Shown here: positions 55,562 to 64,000 of the stretch, one piece after another
Layout: each line of letters opens with the position of its first letter
Position numbering within the stretch: the stretch's first letter is position 1
From: Candidatus Atelocyanobacterium thalassae
GTDB lineage: Bacteria > Cyanobacteriota > Cyanobacteriia > Cyanobacteriales > Microcystaceae
Direction: 5' to 3'
NCBI GenBank assembly: GCA_051971635.1
Contig: JBFPLN010000001.1
Location: 192,001 to 256,000 of the forward strand
Length of the DNA: 64,000 nt
Program-made: the position numbers and the translations under genes
The notes under the pieces: model-generated
What the model was told of the DNA's origin: nothing
Database searches by the model: none
The model's input: only the letters and a program-made list of their open reading frames with translations

Positions 55562-56965
55562 TCAAATAGATTTTGAAAATGTATTTTCTTTAGTTTTTTT
55601 AAGATATGGATCGAATATTGATGCAATATTTCTTATAAGCCAACGCCCTGAATTAGTTACTTCTATACGTTCATTATATATATTAATCAATCCATCATTT
55701 TCTAAAGGTTTTAAATCCATCAACTCTTGTGCAAAATACTCGTCAAAATTAAAATTTAAATTATACTTTTTCTTAATACGATTTTTATCAAGTTGAGATT
55801 GACACATTAATTCCATGATTATAGAACGACGAATAATATCATCTTGACTAAGAGCGAAACCTTTTTCAATAGGTAAAAGACCTTCCTCTATAGTACGGTA
55901 GTAATCTTTGATTTTTTTATGATTTTGAACATAAACATCATGAAGCATACTGATAGAGGTCATTCCAAAAGAAAGAAGATCAGATTCTGGCTTTGTCGTA
56001 TATCCCTGAAAGTTACGATGTAGATCGCCTTTTTCTTGCGCAATTGATAATTCATCATTTGGTTTGGCAAAATGATCCATGCCTATGTACATGTAATTGT
56101 TATCATTAAACTTATTGATAGCCATCTGTAAAATAGCAAGCTTTTCTGATGCACTTGGCAATTCACTAATGGGAAGATTTTTTTGGGCAGGTTTTATCCA
56201 TGGAATATATGCAAAATTAAATACAGCGATACGATCAGGATTTAACTCTATTGTTTTCTGAATTGTTTTCTCAAAAGTGTGTCGATTTTGGAAAGGTAGA
56301 CCGTAAATTAAATCAACATTTACACTCTCAAACTTTGCTTCTCTTATCCAGTTCATCACTTGAAATAACATCTTTTCAGGCTGAACACGATTGATAACAT
56401 TCTGTACTTTCTCTTCAAAATCTTGAATTCCAAAACTAATACGGTTAAAACCAATATCTCTCAGAAAAAAAATAAGGTTTTTGTCAACATACTTAGGATT
56501 AACTTCAATAGATATTTCTGCATTTTTATCTATGTTAAAGTTATCTTTTAACGTATTAAATAATTGTTCTATTTGAACCTGATTTAAATAATTAGGTGTC
56601 CCTCCGCCCCAATGAATTTGGTTTACCGAACGATTTAACGAAACAAGTTGAGAAGTTTTTTTAATATCATTTACTATATATTCTAAATAGGTAGAAGCAA
56701 CTTTTTTATTTCTTGTAATAATTGTGTTACACCCACAGAAGTAACATGCATTTTCACAAAAAGGAATGTGACAATAAAGAGAAAGTGGGGTTTCTTTCTT
56801 ATTACCTGATTCGAGACCTAATCTAAACTCTTTTTCTCCTGAATTTACCTTTAATTCAGTAGCAGGAGGATAACTTGTGTATCTAGGAAGAGATTTATCA
56901 TACTTTTTAAGTAATTCTTGGTCAAAAATCATGTCTTTTGGTGTTACTTTCATGGTTTTAGTCAC
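55562..56965 (-). CDS. hemN: Oxygen-independent coproporphyrinogen III oxidase
   Basis: PRYTSYP, radical-SAM motif HIPFCENACYFCGC, HWGGGTP, DLIYGLP, IGMDHFA, RNFQGY. Confidence 0.97.
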   Translation of the reverse strand: MTKTMKVTPKDMIFDQELLKKYDKSLPRYTSYPPATELKVNSGEKEFRLGLESGNKKETPLSLYCHIPFCENACYFCGCNTIITRNKKVASTYLEYIVNDIKKTSQLVSLNRSVNQIHWGGGTPNYLNQVQIEQLFNTLKDNFNIDKNAEISIEVNPKYVDKNLIFFLRDIGFNRISFGIQDFEEKVQNVINRVQPEKMLFQVMNWIREAKFESVNVDLIYGLPFQNRHTFEKTIQKTIELNPDRIAVFNFAYIPWIKPAQKNLPISELPSASEKLAILQMAINKFNDNNYMYIGMDHFAKPNDELSIAQEKGDLHRNFQGYTTKPESDLLSFGMTSISMLHDVYVQNHKKIKDYYRTIEEGLLPIEKGFALSQDDIIRRSIIMELMCQSQLDKNRIKKKYNLNFNFDEYFAQELMDLKPLENDGLINIYNERIEVTNSGRWLIRNIASIFDPYLKKTKENTFSKSI

Positions 56966-57034
56966 TTTTTAATGATTAAGATGGTCCGGGAATAATAAGT
57001 TTTAAAAAGAAAATTCAGATAAAAGTCTTGATTT

Positions 57035-57280
57035 GACGTTTGAACTCTTTTTAACATAAGCAATAGCCTTAAGTTTTTAATTCTTAGTTATCAGATTCTA
57101 AATTGTTATGACACCAATTATTTTCTAGTAAACTAAAAATCTTCTATAAGCAGTTAAGTAAAAGTTTAAGTATCTATATGTCGATCTTAACCTTAAATTT
57201 TTAGGGTTGAGCGTATCACCTAATACATTCATGCTATAGCTACAGATTTCAATACATAAGTAAAGATCGGCGATAGAAAG
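57035..57280 (-). pseudogene. Probable eroded heme oxygenase (ho2-like) relic
   Basis: Three colinear minus-strand fragments resemble heme oxygenase motifs: IADLY(F)V, LIED...NW and AYVK(R)VQ. Indels must be allowed. The position upstream of hemN and beside acsF fits. Confidence 0.45.
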
Positions 57281-57632
57281 TTACTTCAGGATATTTAGGT
57301 AGATTAAATTAAGAATATTCTACTTATTATGGAATTTAAGGCTACTACTTTGTAGTGTATTTCAATTCATTTCTATACAGTTATATTATCATTGAATTGT
57401 CAAATATGTTCAAGATTGATATTATCCTAAGCGAGAAAATTGTTATCATTAAAACCTTTATTTTATTCAACAATCAGGAATTTGAAAGTAAAGACTACCA
57501 AATAGTATGCATCTTTTTAAAAAACCACAACTAATCTATAAAAAAACAAATATAGTTCTTTTGTAGATCTAGGGATAGACAAACTACTTTCAACATAAGA
57601 TAATATAGCTATCAAGTTATATAAATATAATT

Positions 57633-58712
57633 ATGGTCACTACTTCAGTTAATCCACACACAAATCAGCTGAAACCTAATACGAAAGAAGTTTCTAAAGA
57701 AACTTTATTGACTCCACGTTTTTACACTACAGATTTTGAAACTGCAGCTACTATTTCTTTAAAGGATCAAGAAATTCAATTGCAAGCAATGTTAACAGAA
57801 ATGCGTAACGATTATAATCGTTATCATTTTGTTCGAGAAGAGAACTGCAAAGACGCTTCTTGGGATCACTTAGATCAAGATACAAGAGAAGGATTTGTTG
57901 AATATTTAGAAAGATCATGTATCTCTGAGTTTTCTGGGTTTCTACTTTTTAAAGAATTATCTAGAAAAATTAAAAAAAGCAATCCTTTAATGGCAGAAAT
58001 CTTTCATTTAATGGCAAGAGATGAAGCACGGCATGCTGGATATCTTAATAAAGCGATGTCCGACTTTAATGTCACATTAGATTTAGGAAAAATAACCAAA
58101 ACAAGAAACTACACTTTCTTTCCTCTAGAATGGGTAATTTATACAGTATATCTATCTGAAAAAATTGGATATTGGCGATATATTATTATCTTTCATCATT
58201 TGCAGAAACATCCTGAAAACAAATTCTACCCAATTTTTGATAAATTTGAGAGTTGGTGTCAAGATGAAAATCGCCATGGAGACATTTTTAATGCTCTATT
58301 ACGTTCACAGCCTAAGCTTTGGAATAATTGGAAAGCAAGGTTATGGAGTCGCTTTTTTCTTTTATCCGTGTTTGTAACACATACTTTAACTGTACATGAA
58401 AGAAGCAAATTCTATATATCTTTAGGAATAAATCCAACAGACTTTGATAAAGAAGTGATTCGTGAAACCAATAATACTTCTGCTAGAGCATTTCCTTCTA
58501 TCTTAGATGTAGAACATCCTGAATTCTACCCTCGTCTAAAAAGATGTTCAGATCGTAACTTACAAATTAAAGCTTTGGCGAATAGTAATAAACCAAAAGT
58601 TGTAAAAGCTTTAAATACGATTCTATTAATTGCTGGTATTGCTGGAGATTTCTTTAAAGCTTTTCTTATTAAACCTATTGATACAGAGTCTTTACGAGGA
58701 AATATTCATTAA
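57633..58712 (+). CDS. acsF: Mg-protoporphyrin IX monomethyl ester (oxidative) cyclase, probably the AcsF-II/ChlA-II type
   Basis: LLTPRFYTTDF, ERSCISEFSGFLLFKELSR, di-iron motifs DEARH and DENRH, YLSEKIGYWRY. Confidence 0.96.
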   Translation: MVTTSVNPHTNQLKPNTKEVSKETLLTPRFYTTDFETAATISLKDQEIQLQAMLTEMRNDYNRYHFVREENCKDASWDHLDQDTREGFVEYLERSCISEFSGFLLFKELSRKIKKSNPLMAEIFHLMARDEARHAGYLNKAMSDFNVTLDLGKITKTRNYTFFPLEWVIYTVYLSEKIGYWRYIIIFHHLQKHPENKFYPIFDKFESWCQDENRHGDIFNALLRSQPKLWNNWKARLWSRFFLLSVFVTHTLTVHERSKFYISLGINPTDFDKEVIRETNNTSARAFPSILDVEHPEFYPRLKRCSDRNLQIKALANSNKPKVVKALNTILLIAGIAGDFFKAFLIKPIDTESLRGNIH

Positions 58713-58746
58713 TAATGATTATATGACTCAATTAGATAAGACTATC

Positions 58747-58800
58747 TAACTTCTATTATTATGTTTAAATATTAATATTTAAACATAATAATAGAAGTTA
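58747..58800. repeat. Perfect 54-bp palindrome (no spacer) after acsF
   Basis: taacttctattattatgtttaaatatt|aatatttaaacataataatagaagtta. Confidence 0.93.
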
Positions 58801-58906
58801 ATAAATATGTTTTTAATATTAGAATATCTTTCATTCTCATATATCATTAATTTTCTCAAGGAATATAAAAATATAACTTTTTCTTAGTTAGTTTTAACTA
58901 AAAACA

Positions 58907-59383
58907 TTACAATATATTGAGTTCAATTTTGTTAAAATTTTCATAATTTATAGATTTTTCAATAACCTTTTTACGAAAATTTTTAAATTCAGGCTTAATA
59001 TCAGAATAAAATAAATGCGATGTACAATTACAATCAGAGGCTCCAAAATTCTCTATGGGAACCTTGAAGAAATTGTGATTAAGCAATAATTGAGCCCATT
59101 GGTGTTCTTGCTTATTCGTGGAAGTGGAATACCAGACCTCTAATGGAATTAGATATTGTCTTAAATAATCAAGATGCCAGTGTTTATTTTTATAAATTTT
59201 TATATGCCTTTGTACTCTTGAGCTTAAACCACCTGACCCAAAAGCACTACCTATATATATATAATAGCCTAAGCTTATTGGATAAATGCCTAATTGACCT
59301 ATTCTGACTGATGTTGAGTTAAAACAAGAAAATAACAGGCAATAAGTCCCTTTTTCGCTAGTTGGTAATAATCCATAACTCAT
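58907..59383 (-). CDS. GIY-YIG nuclease family protein (DUF123-like)
   Basis: GTYCL...GYYIYIGSAFG.GGL..RV.RH, HWHLDYL, FGASDCNCTSHLFY. Confidence 0.85.
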   Translation of the reverse strand: MSYGLLPTSEKGTYCLLFSCFNSTSVRIGQLGIYPISLGYYIYIGSAFGSGGLSSRVQRHIKIYKNKHWHLDYLRQYLIPLEVWYSTSTNKQEHQWAQLLLNHNFFKVPIENFGASDCNCTSHLFYSDIKPEFKNFRKKVIEKSINYENFNKIELNIL

Positions 59384-59433
59384 AATTATAAATATTAAAA
59401 TTTCTTAAAATTAATTAGTTATCTTAAAGTCTT

Positions 59434-61146
59434 CTAAAAAGTAAAAGTTGTTCTAATTGTTCCAATTACCAAATCATCATTAGCATTATCATAATCGGGT
59501 GACGTAATAACAACAATACCAGGAGTGATCTTGACATTGTTGTTAATCGTATATTCATAAAAAGCTTCTAGGTGAAATGAAGTATCTTGATCACTATTCT
59601 TTAACTTTCCAGGTAGGTTAATATTTGATTTAGCAACCCAAGGTTCCATGCCTATGACTATAGCTCCTATCCCACCTTCGATTAATGCATCTGGAAAGGC
59701 TAATGTGACTGCCCAATTCCAAATGTCTAAGTTTCCTCTATCAATAGAATTTTCTGATAATGTTATTGGACCAGTTTTTGTCGTTGTAAATCCTCCCCAA
59801 CCTCCTAAAATAAAATTAGGGGCGACACTCCACATAAATTCTATTCCATAAGCATTATTGACAGTATTTACGCTGGATGAAAATTCTTCGTGAATAAATG
59901 ATTGAAAGTTTGAGAGACGACTTCCTGTCCCGGAATCAAGATTGTTATAGCCATGAACATACGTAAAATCGACAGTAAAGTTTCCGTCAGTCCCATATGG
60001 ATACCATCCTATTTGACCAATAACACCATAAGGACCATTAAACATTCCTGCCTCTAAATCAGGATCATTACCATTCTTCGCTAAATACCCACCACTCCAT
60101 TCAAAAACCTCAAAAACAGTTCCTCGAAATCCTATTCCGGGTCCTCCAGCCATGAAATACAAGGGATTACGGCTACCAAACGAGGTTATTGCTCCGAATG
60201 CTCTATCTCCATCTAAAAAGTTAACTGTTGGTACAAAGTCATCAAATGCTCCACCTACTGGTTCTATAAACATTCTTATATTTTCTGCCAGATTAAATTG
60301 ATAAATAATCAACTGTATAGCTAAGTCAGAATTATCTGGTTGTTGAAAGCCTAGGTCTCCCTCAAATGTATCTGTGATTGTTGCATAAGAAGGAATTGTT
60401 CCAGTAGCAAGACGAGTATAAAGTGAATCATTACCATCAAAGCTAGTATTTAATTCAATTCGTCCTCTATAGCCCAAATTATTAGTATTATGTATATCTT
60501 CAGTCCCTTGCTTTTTTTGCCCACTAGCGATTCCTGTTAAACCTACGACAAATTGTCCACTTAAAGTTGTTGTTGTCGAAAACTGATGGTTTTCTATGTA
60601 AGCTACTCTTTTTTCTAAGTTTGATACTTTAGCACCTAAAATAATTAGTTCTGTTTCAAATTCCTTCATTAGTTGTTTAGATATTTCAATATCTTCTCTT
60701 AAAATTACAGCGTTTTTTCTTAGTAATTTTTCAATTGTATTAAAGCATGTATTTAATCCTGAAGTAAATTCATAACGAGATAAACTGTATCTTCCATTAA
60801 AAATCCTATTTGGATATCCTGAAATACATTCATAACGTTTAATCAATCTTTGTAAGGATTCGTAAGGCCAATCTGCAGGAGATATATCTTCTAATTTTGA
60901 AAGATCAGCAACTTTAGGAGTTAATTCTTTAGAGTTATTAAGAGAATTAAGAAATCCATCACGAAATTTCTGAAGTTTTAGATCTTGTGATGTTTCAGGT
61001 AATGCTTGAGCTGTAGTAGTTGACAAAAAAAATATTAACGCAGCGATGCCAGATGTTTTATACATAGAAAACAAATTAAACATCAGCTTTTTGTACTTCA
61101 TATAGAATGAAGTTTTGCAAAAAAGCAAAGAACAGAAGAACAACAT
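59434..61146 (-). CDS. Cyanobacterial outer-membrane porin (SLH + OprB-type barrel; SomA/iron-uptake porin family)
   Basis: DISPADWPYESLQRLIKRYECISGYP (SLH), coiled coil, QFSTTTTLSG, LNTSFDG.D.L, terminal GTIRTTFTF. The start codon is uncertain; several Met precede the signal peptide. Confidence 0.92.
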   Translation of the reverse strand: MLFFCSLLFCKTSFYMKYKKLMFNLFSMYKTSGIAALIFFLSTTTAQALPETSQDLKLQKFRDGFLNSLNNSKELTPKVADLSKLEDISPADWPYESLQRLIKRYECISGYPNRIFNGRYSLSRYEFTSGLNTCFNTIEKLLRKNAVILREDIEISKQLMKEFETELIILGAKVSNLEKRVAYIENHQFSTTTTLSGQFVVGLTGIASGQKKQGTEDIHNTNNLGYRGRIELNTSFDGNDSLYTRLATGTIPSYATITDTFEGDLGFQQPDNSDLAIQLIIYQFNLAENIRMFIEPVGGAFDDFVPTVNFLDGDRAFGAITSFGSRNPLYFMAGGPGIGFRGTVFEVFEWSGGYLAKNGNDPDLEAGMFNGPYGVIGQIGWYPYGTDGNFTVDFTYVHGYNNLDSGTGSRLSNFQSFIHEEFSSSVNTVNNAYGIEFMWSVAPNFILGGWGGFTTTKTGPITLSENSIDRGNLDIWNWAVTLAFPDALIEGGIGAIVIGMEPWVAKSNINLPGKLKNSDQDTSFHLEAFYEYTINNNVKITPGIVVITSPDYDNANDDLVIGTIRTTFTF

Positions 61147-61593
61147 GATAACTCTATCCCAGGGTGCAGAAATTATAATACTTAACTTAGAGGAGACATA
61201 ATTATAACAATTTTTAGATTTTTTATATCATTAAATAGAGCCAAAGTACTAAGTATAAAATAATAACTTAAATATTTTTATAATCTTGACCATATACTAT
61301 GTTAGTTGTGTCCAACGATTTAAAAATATTTAAATCGTGTGAGAATATTAAGTATAGATATTTACTTAGTCTAAAAGTTCATATTCTTCTTTTAAGATTT
61401 TATTAAATATTTCTTCAAGTATTTTACTTTTTTAAACTAGCAATATCTAGTTTTCTATATTAAGTAATTTATTCTATTATTTTCAAAAATAATCCCTACA
61501 ATATTTAGTTTTACAAGAATACATATAACTTTTTTAATTTGTTAAGTTTAAAAGATTAAATATTAAGCTCACTAAAAGCAAATATTTACAGTA

Positions 61594-62568
61594 TTAGATG
61601 TTTAACAAGCCTTTTTCTTGTAACCATATTTCATTATAAATACGTGATTGATAACGTGCACCACCATCACATAAGACTGTAACAATAGTATGCCCAGGAC
61701 CGAGCTTTTTAGCTAAAGAAACTGCAGCACCTACGTTAATGCCTACTGATCCTCCCATAAATAAACCATCACAAGATAATAATTGATTAATTACTTGAAT
61801 CGCTACATGATCGTTAATTTGTATAGCATCATCTATGGGAGCTCCTTGCATATTAGCAGTAATACGACTATTCCCTATACCTTCTGTTATGGAACTACCT
61901 TCTGATTTTATTTCACCTGTTTTTACATAACTATACAACCCACTGCCCATTGGATCAGCTATTACGCATTTAATCTTGGGATCTTGTTCTTTAAAAAATA
62001 AAGCTGTTCCAGCATAAGTCCCACCTGTTCCTGTCGCTGATACCCAAGCATCTATTTTCCCATCTGTTTGATACCAAATTTCAGGACCTGTTGTCTGATA
62101 ATGCGCTTGACGATTTGCTAAATTATCAAACTGATTAGCCCAAATGGCATTATCCATTTCTTTTGCTATTCTGCCTGAAACTTTAACATAATTTTCTGGA
62201 TTTTTATAAGGGACTGCAGGGACAAGCCTAACTTCTGCTCCTAATGTTTTTAGAAGATCAATTTTTTCTTTTGATTGAGTTTCGGGAATAACAATAATAC
62301 ATTTATATCCTTTAGCATTACAGATATGGGCCAATCCAATACCTGTATTACCTGCAGTCCCTTCAACAACAGTTCCTCCAGGTTTCAGCAATCCTTTATC
62401 CTCCGCATCTTTAATAATATATAAAGCTGCTCTATCTTTAACAGAACCTCCAGGATTAAGAAATTCCGCTTTACCTAAGATATGACATCCTGTTTCTTCG
62501 CTAAAACTGTTAAGTCTAATAAGAGGAGTATTCCCAATAGTATTAATTAAACCTGTCTTAATATCCAT
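61594..62568 (-). CDS. cysM: Cysteine synthase (PLP-dependent)
   Basis: IGNTPL, KAEFLNPGGSVKDR, EGTAGNTG, NQFDN, GTGGT, TEGIG. Confidence 0.93.
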   Translation of the reverse strand: MDIKTGLINTIGNTPLIRLNSFSEETGCHILGKAEFLNPGGSVKDRAALYIIKDAEDKGLLKPGGTVVEGTAGNTGIGLAHICNAKGYKCIIVIPETQSKEKIDLLKTLGAEVRLVPAVPYKNPENYVKVSGRIAKEMDNAIWANQFDNLANRQAHYQTTGPEIWYQTDGKIDAWVSATGTGGTYAGTALFFKEQDPKIKCVIADPMGSGLYSYVKTGEIKSEGSSITEGIGNSRITANMQGAPIDDAIQINDHVAIQVINQLLSCDGLFMGGSVGINVGAAVSLAKKLGPGHTIVTVLCDGGARYQSRIYNEIWLQEKGLLNI

Positions 62569-62663
62569 AAATTAAAGTGATTAAATAAGTATTTAAAGCA
62601 TTCAGATATGCTACATTATATCCTAATGTTCATTGTAATCTGAATAAAAAAACTGTTGGATAG

Positions 62664-63983
62664 TTAAACCTTATTTAGAATGTTATAAGCATTGGTTAAA
62701 GTTTTAGCATTTCCTAGATTACCAGGAAATAAGATGATGAGTAACCCTGAATATAAAATATTGTTACTTTCTGTTTTTACAATTGAACAACCAGGTAAGA
62801 TTTGTCCTAATAAACGAATAGATTTTAACTTTAAAGCTTTACTTAAAAGAATATTAGAGGTGGTTCCTCCTTTACTAATTAGGAAACTAATATTATCAGG
62901 TAAATTTTGAATAATTTTTGCTAATAAAGACGTAACAAGTATCTCGAAATCAGATCTTTCTTGAAAAGAATTAAAAACTATTTGTTTTCTACTTGTATAG
63001 ATAACAACAGTCTTTCCATCATCATAAATAGCTCTTATTCGTTCAATCAATTTTTTTAGTACTTCACTTTCCCTATTCAGATATCTTTGTAATTGTTTAA
63101 GATTAATTTCAAGTCCTGATATATTATGTTGCTGTAATAAATCGTTTAATTGTTCAGTTGTCTTCTTTGCATATGAGCCAACTAGAATAACACCTGGATT
63201 TCTTTGAGACCTATATTGTTTTACATCTTCAGCTGTTAATAACTGTTTACTAGTTTTAGTTAATGAAGTTAGCATACTTGCAGCACCACAAAATAAAAAC
63301 TTTTTACCAAGTTTTAATGCTGCTTGCAAATCTCTAAAAAAGTAGTCTAAATCTAATTGAGATTCTGCATCAACTACAACACAACAGTCATTATTTAACT
63401 CTATCAACTTATCTAGACTACCTTCACGAATATCTTCTAACAAAAGTCGTTTTATATCGTTCGCTTTAAATAAGCCCTCTGTTTTTTCTTCAATGTAATA
63501 AGGTAAGTAGCTATGGGAATAACTAAAAATAGAATCTCTAGAAAATTCTGTCTTATGAACTGGACATAAAGAAACTTTATCGTCTAAGTATTGTATGCTA
63601 TTGATGGTTTTTTTCCCTCCCTCGAAAAAAGCAGGAATGAAAAAATGAGCATCAAATTTACCAAACTTGTCAGAAATAATTTTCATTTCTAAAGGATAGT
63701 GTCCACGAAGAGTAGAGTCGAAGCGACTATAAATTAAAAATTCTGTTATATTTTCACTCTCAAGAGCAATTTTTAAATTATGACAAACTTGTTGAGTAAC
63801 CTTTTTTGCTTTTTCTGAAATTAGTGCTCTTGTATTCGTTATTATGAAGATTATAGGAGACTTATCTCTCAATCCTGATCTAATTGTCTCTATATCCCAT
63901 TCCACTAGTAACAAGCAGTTACTCACAGTTTGTGAACCAGTAGGATCATCATCTAAAACAATAATTTTTGATATATCAACCAT
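62664..63983 (-). CDS. Four-carbon acid sugar kinase family protein (DUF1537/YgbK)
   Basis: IIVLDDDPTGSQTV, DSTLRGH, VGSY..KTTEQL, SKGG.TS, FPGNLG. Confidence 0.9.
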   Translation of the reverse strand: MVDISKIIVLDDDPTGSQTVSNCLLLVEWDIETIRSGLRDKSPIIFIITNTRALISEKAKKVTQQVCHNLKIALESENITEFLIYSRFDSTLRGHYPLEMKIISDKFGKFDAHFFIPAFFEGGKKTINSIQYLDDKVSLCPVHKTEFSRDSIFSYSHSYLPYYIEEKTEGLFKANDIKRLLLEDIREGSLDKLIELNNDCCVVVDAESQLDLDYFFRDLQAALKLGKKFLFCGAASMLTSLTKTSKQLLTAEDVKQYRSQRNPGVILVGSYAKKTTEQLNDLLQQHNISGLEINLKQLQRYLNRESEVLKKLIERIRAIYDDGKTVVIYTSRKQIVFNSFQERSDFEILVTSLLAKIIQNLPDNISFLISKGGTTSNILLSKALKLKSIRLLGQILPGCSIVKTESNNILYSGLLIILFPGNLGNAKTLTNAYNILNKV

Positions 63984-64000
63984 ATTTATATCTATGGTAA

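Noticed and set aside
56966..57632. ChlR operator in the hemN/acsF spacer
   Set aside because: No convincing TTMCC-N3/4-GGWAA found by eye; only a half-site-like gggaa near 56987.
35368..58800. Long inverted repeats as MITEs, IS ends or CRISPR repeats
   Set aside because: No shared sequence between elements, no internal spacer or transposase, no evident target-site duplications and no regular repeat-spacer periodicity.
61315..61338. 10-bp inverted repeat acgatttaaa/tttaaatcgt upstream of the porin
   Set aside because: Short and AT-rich; cannot be distinguished from chance or assigned as operator or terminator.
2950..62910. Other 60-144 aa overlapping ORFs (e.g. 15119-15394, 35784-36044, 36888-37157, 43371-43805, 50576-50983, 53155-53577, 62692-62910)
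   Set aside because: They lie antisense or out of frame within conserved genes and show no family motifs; expected shadow ORFs.

Overview
This is an AT-rich (visually about 30% GC), gene-sparse window from a reduced cyanobacterial genome. It carries about 45 mostly housekeeping CDSs with cyanobacterial signatures: dnaK3-dnaJ, ndhH, ycf66, TxlA/HCF164, acsF, an SLH-type porin and 6S/SsaA RNA. The spacers are long and extremely AT-rich, and HIP1 (GCGATCGC) is nearly absent. That pattern, plus retained chlorophyll genes, suggests a host-dependent unicellular cyanobacterium such as UCYN-A / Ca. Atelocyanobacterium; this is inference, not proof. I saw no tRNA, rRNA, CRISPR array or mobile element. 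Main observations: (1) A dTMP-supply cluster of dCMP deaminase, dUTPase and a three-domain thymidylate-synthase-like protein. The protein has an MtrA-like N-domain, an archaeal-type ThyA core and a C-terminal DUF4346-like domain. A stand-alone copy of the C-terminal domain lies 40 kb away. (2) Long, AT-rich, perfect or near-perfect palindromes with arms up to 45 bp, directly after genes. (3) Eroded gene relics in spacers, including a probable heme oxygenase between hemN and acsF. (4) A 6S RNA not captured by the ORF track.
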